Assembly (NCBI GenBank): GCA_964429235.1
Contig: CAYSAQ010000001.1
Location: 266,045 to 330,044 of the forward strand
Direction of reading: 5' to 3'
DNA length: 64,000 bases
DNA from: an uncultured Candidatus Marinamargulisbacteria bacterium
Lineage (GTDB): Bacteria > Margulisbacteria > Riflemargulisbacteria > GWF2-35-9 > DYQY01
Every line of letters starts with the position of its first letter. Position 1 is the first letter of the stretch. Positions 1-9,827 of the stretch are shown piece after piece. The notes beneath the pieces were generated by a model that saw only the letters and a list, made by a program, of their open reading frames with translations, made no database searches and was not told the origin of the DNA. A program made the position numbers and the translations under genes.

Positions 1-1008
1 AGTATTGGGAGAAAACCAACCTATGTCATTGGTGCGCCAATAAAAAACACAAATCTAGCCTATCAGTATGGACACAGAGACTTCTGCATCGCCGAAGCAG
101 ACGAAAGTGATAGATCATTTTTATTTCTAAACCCAAACATAATAATTATTACAAATATAGAAGAAGAACATATGGATCAATTTGAGAACCTTGAGGATAT
201 AATAGAAACTTTTTCAAATTTCACTAAACGTCTTGGACATAACAGCTTATTAATAGTTAATGGTGACAATGAGAATATTCGTAAAATTGATACGAATTCA
301 AGCAAAGTCATCACGTACGGACTAATGGATGGAAATACAGTACAAGCTAAGAACCTAGAACAAGAAGGGACTGATACTTTATTTGATGTATACGTAGCTG
401 GCGAACTAATTGCAAAGAAAATAAAACTACAGATTCCTGGCAAACATAATATTGAAAATTGTTTAACTGTATTTGCTTTTGCATATCACTATAATATTCC
501 ACTAGATACAGTAGTTGACTCGTTCAAGCTATTTGAAGGAGCAAGCAGGAGATTCCAAAAAGTTGGAGAAATTAGCAATATTGTAATCTACGATGACTAC
601 GCACATCATCCTACGGAAATTAAATGCACTTTAGCAGCCGCAAAAAACTATAACAGAAGAATTATTGCAATCTTTCAACCACATAGGTACACGAGATTCA
701 ATGCATTCTATAAAGACTTTGTAAAAGCTCTTTCAATTGCAAATAAGGTTTTCTTTACAGATGTTTTTGCTGCAGGAGAAACTCCAGGAAAATTAAGAGC
801 TGAAGATATGTTGCCTTTATTTGAAAAGGACAAAGCAGTGCATATACCACAAGTTAGTAACATTGCGGCTAAAGTTGCCAAGATTGCCAAAGAAGGTGAT
901 TTAATAATTACACTTGGTGCCGGAGATGTTACTTTTGTTTCCAAGGAAATATATCAACTTCTAAATATTTCAAAAGAAGATGCTTATGATGAAAATCCAG
1001 AAGATTAA
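1..1008 (+). CDS. murC: UDP-N-acetylmuramate--L-alanine ligase MurC, C-terminal part (5' end outside window)
   Basis: Frame 1 is open from base 1. Translation includes CIAEADESDRSFLFLNPNIIIITNIEEEHMD and the Mur-ligase C-terminal motifs DDYAHHPTEI and FQPHRYTR. Confidence 0.9.
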   Translation, partial: SIGRKPTYVIGAPIKNTNLAYQYGHRDFCIAEADESDRSFLFLNPNIIIITNIEEEHMDQFENLEDIIETFSNFTKRLGHNSLLIVNGDNENIRKIDTNSSKVITYGLMDGNTVQAKNLEQEGTDTLFDVYVAGELIAKKIKLQIPGKHNIENCLTVFAFAYHYNIPLDTVVDSFKLFEGASRRFQKVGEISNIVIYDDYAHHPTEIKCTLAAAKNYNRRIIAIFQPHRYTRFNAFYKDFVKALSIANKVFFTDVFAAGETPGKLRAEDMLPLFEKDKAVHIPQVSNIAAKVAKIAKEGDLIITLGAGDVTFVSKEIYQLLNISKEDAYDENPED

Positions 1009-1816
1009 CTCGCAGCTATTAAGCAACTTCAGATGCATTGGGAATGATTATGATATTAGCTTCCCTAGCTCTCTAGATGATTTAGATAAAATATCCACTG
1101 ATGCCTTTATAATTGGAAGCGGAACAAACACTCTATTCCTAAATAAGCAGTCTACCCAAATTATATCATTACAAGAACTAAACAACTTTAATACAGATGG
1201 AAATATCGTTAATGCTGAAGCAGGAGCGACACTGCCTATGTTAATAAAAGAGCTAAAGAAAAAGCATCTTGGTGGACTATGCTTTAGTTATCCAATATCT
1301 GCGACTATTGGAGGAGCCATTAGACAAAACTTGGGAGCTTATGATCAGACGATAAGTGATTTGATTATAGAAGTAACTTGTTTTAATAAAGATAACAAAC
1401 AATTAATAACTTTAACTAATAAAGAATGTGAATTCGGCTATAGAACATCTGTTTTAAAAAACTCGTCTCTAGTAATTATTTCCGCACTACTAGCACTGCC
1501 ATCTATGCCATCAACTGAAATCACTAAATTATGTAATACCTATAAAACGAAAAGAGAAAACAATTATCAATTGAACAACAACCTTGGCAGTATCTTTAAA
1601 AACCCAAAAGGATTATCTGCTGGGAAACTAATTGATGAATGTGGGCTTAAAGGTTTTACACACAAATCGGCTAGTATTAGTAATGATCACGCAAATGTGA
1701 TTGTTGCTATAAAAGAAACTAAAGCCGAAGACATACTAGCACTTATGAAAATTGTTCAAGAAACAGTTAAGAGTAAAAAGAATATAAACTTAGAACCAGA
1801 AATAACTATTTACTAG
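980..1816 (+). CDS. murB: UDP-N-acetylenolpyruvoylglucosamine reductase MurB
   Basis: 278-aa ORF overlapping the murC stop. MurB-like motifs GSGTNTLF, FGYRTSVLKN and LGSIFKNP. The true start may be the Met at 989. Confidence 0.85.
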   Translation: MLMMKIQKINSQLLSNFRCIGNDYDISFPSSLDDLDKISTDAFIIGSGTNTLFLNKQSTQIISLQELNNFNTDGNIVNAEAGATLPMLIKELKKKHLGGLCFSYPISATIGGAIRQNLGAYDQTISDLIIEVTCFNKDNKQLITLTNKECEFGYRTSVLKNSSLVIISALLALPSMPSTEITKLCNTYKTKRENNYQLNNNLGSIFKNPKGLSAGKLIDECGLKGFTHKSASISNDHANVIVAIKETKAEDILALMKIVQETVKSKKNINLEPEITIY

Positions 1817-1817
1817 T

Positions 1818-3851
1818 TTATACCTGTAAAAGTCGTAAATCTCCAAATTGATTAAAGTACTCTTTGATTCCAAACAACATGCTTAGCCTATTTGCTTTAA
1901 CTTTATCATCTTCAACCATTACCATTACTTCATCGAAGAAATCGCCAATATAAGCTGCCAATACTGCCCACTCTTTAATAAGTGAAGCGTCCCATTGCTT
2001 ATCTTCAGCAAATATCTTGAAACCATCATATAAACTACGTTCTGAAGAATCTTCAAAAAGAAAAGGGTCAACAACAACAGTGTCTTCAACATGAACATCC
2101 TTTGTTATATTTATAACTCTTGCAGCTGCTTCTATAATTAACTTCTGTTTGTCAGATTTATTAAGCTCTAAGCACAAGTTTAGTCTTTTCTTTAAAAGTA
2201 CTAAATCTAAAGTAGTAATTGTCTGGATTATATCTAAAGCAATTCCAGCATCTTTTAAGTATTGTTCGATACGTTGCTCAAAAAAAGCAAAAAGTTTTTT
2301 AATATTCTCTGCTGATACGTCCATATCTTTATAATGCTGTAATGTAGCTTTGATTAGATCATATAAAGAAAACTGAAAATAATCTGTTTCGTAGAAAATT
2401 CTTACAATACCGTTAGCTTGTCTTCTAAGTGCAAAAGGATCTTGTGAACCAGAAGGTATCTTCCCAATAGCAAACTGTCCTACAATTGTATCCATCTTAT
2501 CTGCAACAGATGCAATAGAAGAATAAATACTAGAAGGTAATGCATCTCCAGCAAAAGCAGGAAGGTAATGTTCATAAATACCATCTGCAATTTCTTTTGC
2601 TTCGCCCCACTTCAACGCATACTGCTGTCCAATATAACCTTGCAAATCCGCAAACTCATTTACCATCTGCGTAGATAAATCTGCCTTTGCATTTTTAACT
2701 ATCTCTAAGACAGTATCTTTTGCTTTTTTTTCTAGCTTTAGTTTATCAATAATATACTCAGCAGTTGCAACATTACGCTCAACCTTTTGACTAACACTTC
2801 CTAACTTTTTTTGAAATGTAATGGCCTTTAATTGTTCATTAAAAAAAGAAAAATCATGTTTCATATCTTCTTTATAAAAGAACTCAGCATCACATAATCT
2901 TGCTTGTAAAACTTTTTCATTACCTTTAACAATATTTGCACTATTTTTGTCATTAACATTGTCTGCAGTTATTAAAAACTTATTAGTTAATTTACCATCT
3001 TCCATAACCGGAAAATACTTCTGATGTTTCTTCATTGAAGTAATAAGAATCTTCTCAGGAATTGATAAAAAATCTGATTCAAACTCACCTTGCAAGACTT
3101 TCGGGCACTCAACCAGCCCAGCTACTTCATTTAACAGCTCTTCGTCTAAAACGACATCACCTGTCAGTTTACTGGCCTGAGCAGAAATAGTGCTTTTTCT
3201 CTTATCAAAAGAAGGCTCTACGTTTTTTTTTCTAAGCATCTCTGCATATTTACCAATAGACTCGACCAAGACATCTGCCCCATCAAGATCGTTACCATTT
3301 GATAAAAAACGATGCCCTTTTGAAATATTTTCTGCTTCTATTCCAGCAAAACTAAGTGGAAGTAATTTGTCATCCAATAATGATATAATCCAATGAACTG
3401 GTCTATAGAATTTCTGAGATTCAGTGCCCCATTTCATAGCAACAGGCAAGTATAAATTCGCTAATGAATCAACTATAATATTTGGTAAAATTTCGGCTGT
3501 TTTTTTACCCTTTTCAAAAACCTTAACATATAAATATCCATCGCTAACATCAGCCTCTTTTGCTCCAAATTTCTTCAGAAAACCCTCTCCGGCTTTTGTA
3601 TAACTGCCATCTTCATTAACAGCAATTTTCGCAGGAGGTCCTTTAACTTCTTCATTCTTATCATCTTGCTTTTCATCTAGCCCATCAATGATAAAAGATA
3701 GTCTTCTATAAGTAGCATATTTAGTAAAATTACCAAACTTTACTCCACCCTTTTCTAATCGATCTGTGACATTCTTTATAAGTCCATCGATTAAGCTTTG
3801 CAAAAAACGTGCCGGTATTTCTTCAGTTCCAATTTCAAACAAATAGTTCAT
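1818..3851 (-). CDS. glyS: glycine--tRNA ligase beta subunit
   Basis: 677 aa with the typical GlyS N-terminus MNYLFEIGTEEIPARF and the right length. No glyQ lies adjacent. Confidence 0.9.
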   Translation of the reverse strand: MNYLFEIGTEEIPARFLQSLIDGLIKNVTDRLEKGGVKFGNFTKYATYRRLSFIIDGLDEKQDDKNEEVKGPPAKIAVNEDGSYTKAGEGFLKKFGAKEADVSDGYLYVKVFEKGKKTAEILPNIIVDSLANLYLPVAMKWGTESQKFYRPVHWIISLLDDKLLPLSFAGIEAENISKGHRFLSNGNDLDGADVLVESIGKYAEMLRKKNVEPSFDKRKSTISAQASKLTGDVVLDEELLNEVAGLVECPKVLQGEFESDFLSIPEKILITSMKKHQKYFPVMEDGKLTNKFLITADNVNDKNSANIVKGNEKVLQARLCDAEFFYKEDMKHDFSFFNEQLKAITFQKKLGSVSQKVERNVATAEYIIDKLKLEKKAKDTVLEIVKNAKADLSTQMVNEFADLQGYIGQQYALKWGEAKEIADGIYEHYLPAFAGDALPSSIYSSIASVADKMDTIVGQFAIGKIPSGSQDPFALRRQANGIVRIFYETDYFQFSLYDLIKATLQHYKDMDVSAENIKKLFAFFEQRIEQYLKDAGIALDIIQTITTLDLVLLKKRLNLCLELNKSDKQKLIIEAAARVINITKDVHVEDTVVVDPFLFEDSSERSLYDGFKIFAEDKQWDASLIKEWAVLAAYIGDFFDEVMVMVEDDKVKANRLSMLFGIKEYFNQFGDLRLLQV

Positions 3852-3919
3852 ATATTACCTCTACTTAAATAATTTTCTTATATTATAGCAACGAATGCTA
3901 AGTTTGTTTATTACCATCT

Positions 3920-4627
3920 TTAATTTGATAATACCCTAAACTCTAAGTCTTGTTTAATCTTTTTCCAATCAGGAAGCTTTTTTGAAAGCAAGTCATAGAA
4001 CTTTCTATCATGTTTAGAATGAGAAACATGGCATAATTCGTGAATCATTACATAATCAATTTGCTGCCTCGTTGCTTTAATAAGGTTTGGATTTAAAATA
4101 ATAGTATTGCTTCGTAAGTAACTGCCCCAACGTTTATTTAGCTTCCGAATCTTTAATAAAGGCAAATGGTCATATTCAAATAACTTAAAACATATTTCCA
4201 ACCGTTCTTGAAACTTTTGCTCTGTTTTTTTCCTAAACCATTTAGTTAAAAGATTTTTAGTTCTTATACTGTCTTTGGAGTACTTAGAATGAACATTAAT
4301 CCTGCCCATTGAAAGAGAAACATATTCTTTATAATCAGCTTGACCAACATTCAATTTGTACTGTCTGCCTAAATACAAAAAGCTCTCACCGCTAACATAT
4401 TCCTTCTCTAACTGTGACGAAAACTGTAAAAAATATCTACGTTGTTTAAGAATCCAAATAGACTTTCGTTTTAAAAAATCATATATTTTCTGCTCATTAT
4501 CAGTACTTGGTACTTTCACAATAATATTACAATTAGGAAAAACAGTAGCAGTAATTGTCTTACGGTTCTCTTCTAGTAATGAGTAATCAAAAGAAATGTT
4601 CTCATATACAAAAGTCTTGTTAATCAT
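3920..4627 (-). CDS. YgjP/DUF45-like zinc hydrolase (annotated in databases as M48-family metallopeptidase), linked to hsdR
   Basis: 235 aa with C-terminal YVMIHELCHVSHSKHDRKFYDLL (HExxH). Its ATG overlaps the hsdR stop by 4 nt (4624-4627). Confidence 0.75.
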   Translation of the reverse strand: MINKTFVYENISFDYSLLEENRKTITATVFPNCNIIVKVPSTDNEQKIYDFLKRKSIWILKQRRYFLQFSSQLEKEYVSGESFLYLGRQYKLNVGQADYKEYVSLSMGRINVHSKYSKDSIRTKNLLTKWFRKKTEQKFQERLEICFKLFEYDHLPLLKIRKLNKRWGSYLRSNTIILNPNLIKATRQQIDYVMIHELCHVSHSKHDRKFYDLLSKKLPDWKKIKQDLEFRVLSN

Positions 4628-7600
4628 TTATTCTTTATTTCCAAATTCCAAGCATCAGAAACAATACGGTCAATATCTTCAACTTTAAAAGGAATATTAT
4701 ATTCATCCCTAACAACATCAAATAAATAATCCTCTAAATCATTCCTTACTTCTCTTTCTACTTCTATGTTGCTATACCAATCAACGATCTTCTTATCATT
4801 TATCATTTTATGAAGCTCTGTAGTTATAACAGACAAAGAGTCGTCAGAGACATTGTATGTTTCCATATACTTCTTCATACTTCTAAACAATGGATGTAAT
4901 TCTTTCTTGTCTTTTATATCAGAAGGGATGTCACTATCCTCATAGTCTTTAACTTTCTGCTGATAGTTCTTAGCCTGACCTAGCAAAGCCAATAAGTCTT
5001 CTGTTTTAGCCACTCTTAACTGTGCAATAAGCTCTTTAACTTTATCTCCAAACTTTTTATAAAAATCAGGATCTTTATCCCAGTTCTCCTTAATTGTTTT
5101 CTCTGTTTGCGCTGCAATAGCTTCTGCCTTTGATTTATCCGACAATCCATTCTGATCATCCTCAATAAACTGATTGAATTCTAGTGCATCTGATAAATTA
5201 ATTGGCTTAGAAAGAATTGATACATCCTCAGACACTACATATTTATTCAAAATTCTCCTTATCTGGTCTTCGTATTTTGAAAAATCTATTATTTCTGCAT
5301 GCATTGCTTTAACTATTTTTTTAATCTCAATAAAACGTTTCAAATCAAGCACATAACGTTTCATTTTTGCATCATCAAACTTTTCAAAAAAATCTGGCAA
5401 TCCTCTACATACAGCGAAGTTCTTAATAAATGAATTAACTAGTTCATAATAACGTTCACGTTTCTCTATATCACCAGACACTTTATTTATATATTCTTGT
5501 GAATCTTTCCTGTTTTTAACATCATTAAACATTGAATGAAGATGCTGATAAACACTTTCTAAATCTGAAATCTTTTCATCAGTATCTATTAATGCTCTAT
5601 TAATATCCTCTATATCATAATTAGAAAATAATTCTAGTGCATACCTAAGATTTTTAGCATTCTTAGAGTAATCTATAATAATCCCATTAGTCTTAGACTC
5701 TTTAGCATTGTCACCATTAAAAAGCCTATTTACCCTTGCTATAGCTTGTAAAAGATTATGCTCCTTTAATTCCTTAGCAAGATATAGGAAGGTATTACGT
5801 GGAGCATCAAATCCTGTTAATAATTTATCTACTACAATAATAATCTTGCAACCGTCTGGATTGTCTTTAAAATCTTTAATAATAGATTTTTCTCTAATCT
5901 CTAAGGAATACCCGTGCTTATGCTTTTCTTTATCCAAAAATTCTGCAACAAGCTTCTTATGCTCTGGCAACTTATCGTCTGCAACATCATCTAAACTATT
6001 GTCAGATATAATCACATTGGAGTCATGAAAGCCAGCTAGCTTAAATGCTTCTTGAAATAAAACTGCTGCATATTTGGAGGGAGCAACAACCTGGGCCTTA
6101 AGGCCTGTATCTTTAAACTCTTCATAATGGTCCAAAATATCAGAAGCGATAAACTCTATTCGTTGAGAATTCTGTTCAATAATCTTTGAACTTGTAAACT
6201 TCTTCTCCAAATCTTTTCGTTGTTCTTCTGTTAAATCTTTTGTTGCTCTATCATAAAATTTATCGAGGATGCTTTGTTGCACTGATTGCTCTACAAATCT
6301 TGCTTGATATATTAATGGCAATACAGCGCCATCTTCTTCTGCCTCTGAAATTGTATAAGAATCTATTAAACCCCTAAACTTACTAACACTCTCCTTATCC
6401 TTCTTCATTAATGGTGTACCTGTAAATGCTATCTGACATGAATTAGGCAATGTCCTATTCAGCTCTATATTTGCTAAACCACCTTGGGTTCTATGAGCTT
6501 CATCTATTAAAACAAATACATTTGGATCAGTATCAGTAAAATCTCTGAACTCTTTTGATGACTCAAACTTATGAACCAGAGTTGTAATAACTCTCAAATC
6601 CTTTTCTTTGATTAATTTCAATAGCTCTTTACCATTATTTGCTTGAATAACACCTTTTTTCACATTACATGCTTCAAAAGTATCTCTGATTTGTTTATCA
6701 AGGTCTTTTCTATCTGTAACAACAACAATACGAGGTAACTCGATAGAATCCTGCTCAATAATAGCTTTAACTAGCATAACCATTGTAAGCGATTTCCCAG
6801 AACCCTGAGTATGCCATACTAGTCCACCATTTCGTCTGCCATTTTCTTTTATATCAGAAACTCTTTTAATGATTTTCTTTATAGCAAAATACTGTTGATA
6901 ACGAGCTATCTTCTTAACATTTGCATCATAGATAACAAAACCATGAACAAGCTCTAAAAGTCGCTCTGGTCGCAACAAACTATAAATACCATTATCCTGT
7001 TCTGAGATTGCTCTATCACCTACATAAGCGTCTCTTCTTAATAAATCATGATTTACTATAGTTATATCTTCTTGTTTTGAGTGGACATCAATACTCTCAT
7101 ACACAACACCATCATACTCATCTTTATCAGCACCTTTTTCTTTCCATACAGCCCAAAATTCAAATGGAGTATTCATAGTTGCATACTTAATCTCTCGAAC
7201 ATTGCAGGCAACTAACACCTGTGGGAATAAAAAGAACTTTGGTGTTTGTTCTTTTCCTTGGTTACGAATCATCTGAGTAACAGCATCAGTTACTGGCACT
7301 GAAGACTTCTTGTTCTCTATAACAGCAAAGGGGATCCCGTTAACAAACAGAACGATATCAGGTCTACGGTTATGAACCTCATCCAATTCATACTCAGCAC
7401 AAACATGGAACTTGTTATTATTAGGTGTTTCAAAATCTATAAACCTCAACTGAGGATGCACATTCTTACCGTTAATTATCTCTGACACGCCAACACCAGA
7501 TATTATCTTCGAAAAAATGTCTTCTGAGGCCTTAACTACCCCGTCAGACATATTAATATTTTCTAACTCGAATATTTGCTCTCTTATGCTTTTATCTGAT

Positions 7601-7806
7601 ACTTCTAAAGAATTAATCTTACGTACTGCTTCAAATGCGATATCTTGGAATATATATTTTGATTTGCTTTCCCTAATTCGATTTACTTCTGCTCTAGGAA
7701 TGTATTCATATCCTAAATTAATTAATTGCAATATTGCAGGTATTTGAGAATTTGAAGCCTCATCAAAATCAGGCAAATCGTAGTCATTTTCAAAATATTC
7801 AGACAT
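4624..7806 (-). CDS. hsdR: Type I restriction endonuclease subunit R
   Basis: 1060 aa with SF2 helicase motifs HTQGSGKSLTM (Walker A), LIDEAHRTQ (DEAH) and LLTGFDAP. It sits in a locus with hsdM and hsdS. Confidence 0.93.
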   Translation of the reverse strand: MSEYFENDYDLPDFDEASNSQIPAILQLINLGYEYIPRAEVNRIRESKSKYIFQDIAFEAVRKINSLEVSDKSIREQIFELENINMSDGVVKASEDIFSKIISGVGVSEIINGKNVHPQLRFIDFETPNNNKFHVCAEYELDEVHNRRPDIVLFVNGIPFAVIENKKSSVPVTDAVTQMIRNQGKEQTPKFFLFPQVLVACNVREIKYATMNTPFEFWAVWKEKGADKDEYDGVVYESIDVHSKQEDITIVNHDLLRRDAYVGDRAISEQDNGIYSLLRPERLLELVHGFVIYDANVKKIARYQQYFAIKKIIKRVSDIKENGRRNGGLVWHTQGSGKSLTMVMLVKAIIEQDSIELPRIVVVTDRKDLDKQIRDTFEACNVKKGVIQANNGKELLKLIKEKDLRVITTLVHKFESSKEFRDFTDTDPNVFVLIDEAHRTQGGLANIELNRTLPNSCQIAFTGTPLMKKDKESVSKFRGLIDSYTISEAEEDGAVLPLIYQARFVEQSVQQSILDKFYDRATKDLTEEQRKDLEKKFTSSKIIEQNSQRIEFIASDILDHYEEFKDTGLKAQVVAPSKYAAVLFQEAFKLAGFHDSNVIISDNSLDDVADDKLPEHKKLVAEFLDKEKHKHGYSLEIREKSIIKDFKDNPDGCKIIIVVDKLLTGFDAPRNTFLYLAKELKEHNLLQAIARVNRLFNGDNAKESKTNGIIIDYSKNAKNLRYALELFSNYDIEDINRALIDTDEKISDLESVYQHLHSMFNDVKNRKDSQEYINKVSGDIEKRERYYELVNSFIKNFAVCRGLPDFFEKFDDAKMKRYVLDLKRFIEIKKIVKAMHAEIIDFSKYEDQIRRILNKYVVSEDVSILSKPINLSDALEFNQFIEDDQNGLSDKSKAEAIAAQTEKTIKENWDKDPDFYKKFGDKVKELIAQLRVAKTEDLLALLGQAKNYQQKVKDYEDSDIPSDIKDKKELHPLFRSMKKYMETYNVSDDSLSVITTELHKMINDKKIVDWYSNIEVEREVRNDLEDYLFDVVRDEYNIPFKVEDIDRIVSDAWNLEIKNK

Positions 7807-7810
7807 TGTT

Positions 7811-8656
7811 TTATTCCTTTAATCCTTTAATTTTACTTGTAGCAATTTTCTTTTCTTGAGATTTAACTCGTCTTTCTAACTTCTTTATATCTTCTTCTGG
7901 TAGTAGTTTTTCAGGGATTATACCTCTTTTTATCAAAAGATCTCTTACGTCATGATTGTTTTGAATATGCTCATTTGTTATTTCATGTTCACCATATAGA
8001 TCATCTTTTTTTACATTAAAATTTGTAATTTCTGTAGCAAGGTTTTTTGCAGTTATCGTTACTGTTGGTAAGAAGTCAGCTAGTGGTCTACCTTTAGGAA
8101 TATCCAGCTTATTTTTCATTGCTTGCGTATTCTTTCCACCAAAAAGAATGGAATCACCTTTTGACCTGATTCTGCCAAAACCTTTTTCATCTACACCACG
8201 CTCATAAATATTCTTTGATAACTCTGTTTCAGATGTTGTAAGTTTTTTTCTTGCATCAAGTCTTTCATTTAACTTTAATCGTTCTTCTATGATTTCCTGC
8301 TTTCTTGTTTGAATTGCAAAATAACTTTGGGCAAAAGCGATTACAGGTTTTGCCGAGTCTCCATTCATAGCAATTAAATAACACGCATAACGGGTAAACA
8401 TAACATCTTTTATCTCTCTTTTTGCTCCTGATCCTAAATCTACCATTTTGTTGACCTCAACAAAATGGTCTAATGGGTCCTGCTTACTATTAACACAAGC
8501 CTCAATAGCCTTATCTATAACTTTTATAAAGTTTCTCCACTCCGCATACTCAAGCAGCTCTTGTATATCTCTAGCAAACCAAAACTCAACTCCATTGTCT
8601 TCAAACATATAATCATTAAATGATTTATACATTCTCGCTATTTTCATTTTCTCCAT
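7811..8656 (-). CDS. dinD: DNA damage-inducible protein D (DinD)-like protein
   Basis: 281 aa. By eye it resembles my recollection of E. coli DinD over most of its length (FARDIQELLEYAEWRNF, FTRYACYLIAMNGDSAKPVIAFAQSYFAIQTRKQE). Only 4 nt separate it from the hsdR start. Confidence 0.7.
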   Translation of the reverse strand: MEKMKIARMYKSFNDYMFEDNGVEFWFARDIQELLEYAEWRNFIKVIDKAIEACVNSKQDPLDHFVEVNKMVDLGSGAKREIKDVMFTRYACYLIAMNGDSAKPVIAFAQSYFAIQTRKQEIIEERLKLNERLDARKKLTTSETELSKNIYERGVDEKGFGRIRSKGDSILFGGKNTQAMKNKLDIPKGRPLADFLPTVTITAKNLATEITNFNVKKDDLYGEHEITNEHIQNNHDVRDLLIKRGIIPEKLLPEEDIKKLERRVKSQEKKIATSKIKGLKE

Positions 8657-8678
8657 AACTAACTCCTTTCATAACCAT

Positions 8679-9827
8679 TTAATTATCTGCGTTTCTAAAC
8701 TCTTGCATTCTAATCTCACCAGTTACTAGTTTGTTTAATAAAAATTTCTTTTGTTTTTGTGTTTTTTTTAATTTTTGTTCGTATAGGTCTATTTCTTCAT
8801 CTGCATCTGTGAGAACTTGAGCGATGGCTTTTTGCTCCATTAAACAAGGTATCTTAATTTTCATATCAGCTATCATTTCCATACGAACTGAATCTACAGA
8901 ACCTTTAGCACTCATAGAAAAAACCCTTTTAGGAAATTTACTTTTAAAAATAAAGAAAAACCATTTACCACATACATCAACATCAAAACTATGAATATTA
9001 TATACTCTTTGATGATAATCAAACTTACCATTTATGTAATGGAAAATTTTACCGACACCAACACCATCTCCAGAAGTTATTACTGCCTCTCCGTCAAAGG
9101 AATATGAATTAATTCTTTCAATTGTCTGAGACCTTACAAAAAATGGATATAAACCATCATCAATTTTATTTTGAGTATCTTTAGCGCCAGTACAAATAGA
9201 AGAAAATTCTTTTATTCTTTTTTCTTCCCACTCTCCACTAAACCCCTTCAACCTAGTCTTACCAGTTAGCAACTGTTGCATTAGTCCTTTTTTTCGATCT
9301 TTCAATAAATCTATTTTTTTAGTTAATAAATCGATGCCTTCATCGAAGTTGGTGAGGACTTGGGCAATGGCTTTTTGTTCAGGTAATGGGGGCATACAAA
9401 ATTTAAGTTTTTTAATATCTGAACTGTTAACAGCTGTAAATGTTGAACCTTGTTCATATTTCTTCCATCTTAATTCATATCGCAATAAATACTGATATAT
9501 ATAACTCTGGTTACTTTTTGTTGCTCTAATTGCACAAACCCCTCTACCAATACATGCATTATGTATCGATAATGCGATATCCCCAACTGGTGCTCGAACA
9601 CTCATTAATATATCATTGGGATTACATGTTTTAGTAATTTCTGTAGTCCATTGTCGAGGTGCAGACAATCGATTATTCATATCAGTGTTTCCTTGAATTA
9701 ATGGCGTTCCGTTACCCTCTGTATTATATGACGATGATAATGGTGATTGCCCCATAATTATTAAGCATACATCATTTAATAATACGTCTTTCCAACCTTT
9801 AGGGATTTGGTTGTTAGGTTTTGTCAT
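8679..9827 (-). CDS. hsdS: Type I restriction-modification specificity subunit S (two target-recognition domains)
   Basis: 382 aa with two variable halves. Each half is followed by a conserved helix repeat: LPEQKAIAQVLTNFDEGIDLL...LLTGKTRL and LMEQKAIAQVLTDADEEIDLY...LVTGEIRM. Confidence 0.9.
   Translation of the reverse strand: MTKPNNQIPKGWKDVLLNDVCLIIMGQSPLSSSYNTEGNGTPLIQGNTDMNNRLSAPRQWTTEITKTCNPNDILMSVRAPVGDIALSIHNACIGRGVCAIRATKSNQSYIYQYLLRYELRWKKYEQGSTFTAVNSSDIKKLKFCMPPLPEQKAIAQVLTNFDEGIDLLTKKIDLLKDRKKGLMQQLLTGKTRLKGFSGEWEEKRIKEFSSICTGAKDTQNKIDDGLYPFFVRSQTIERINSYSFDGEAVITSGDGVGVGKIFHYINGKFDYHQRVYNIHSFDVDVCGKWFFFIFKSKFPKRVFSMSAKGSVDSVRMEMIADMKIKIPCLMEQKAIAQVLTDADEEIDLYEQKLKKTQKQKKFLLNKLVTGEIRMQEFRNADN
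8809..8837. repeat. hsdS conserved-region direct repeat, copy 1
   Basis: gtgagaacttgagcgatggctttttgctc matches 9352..9380 at 25 of 29 nt. It encodes the (E)QKAIAQVL helix after TRD2. Confidence 0.7.
9352..9380. repeat. hsdS conserved-region direct repeat, copy 2
   Basis: gtgaggacttgggcaatggctttttgttc matches 8809..8837 at 25 of 29 nt. It encodes the EQKAIAQVL helix after TRD1. Confidence 0.7.
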
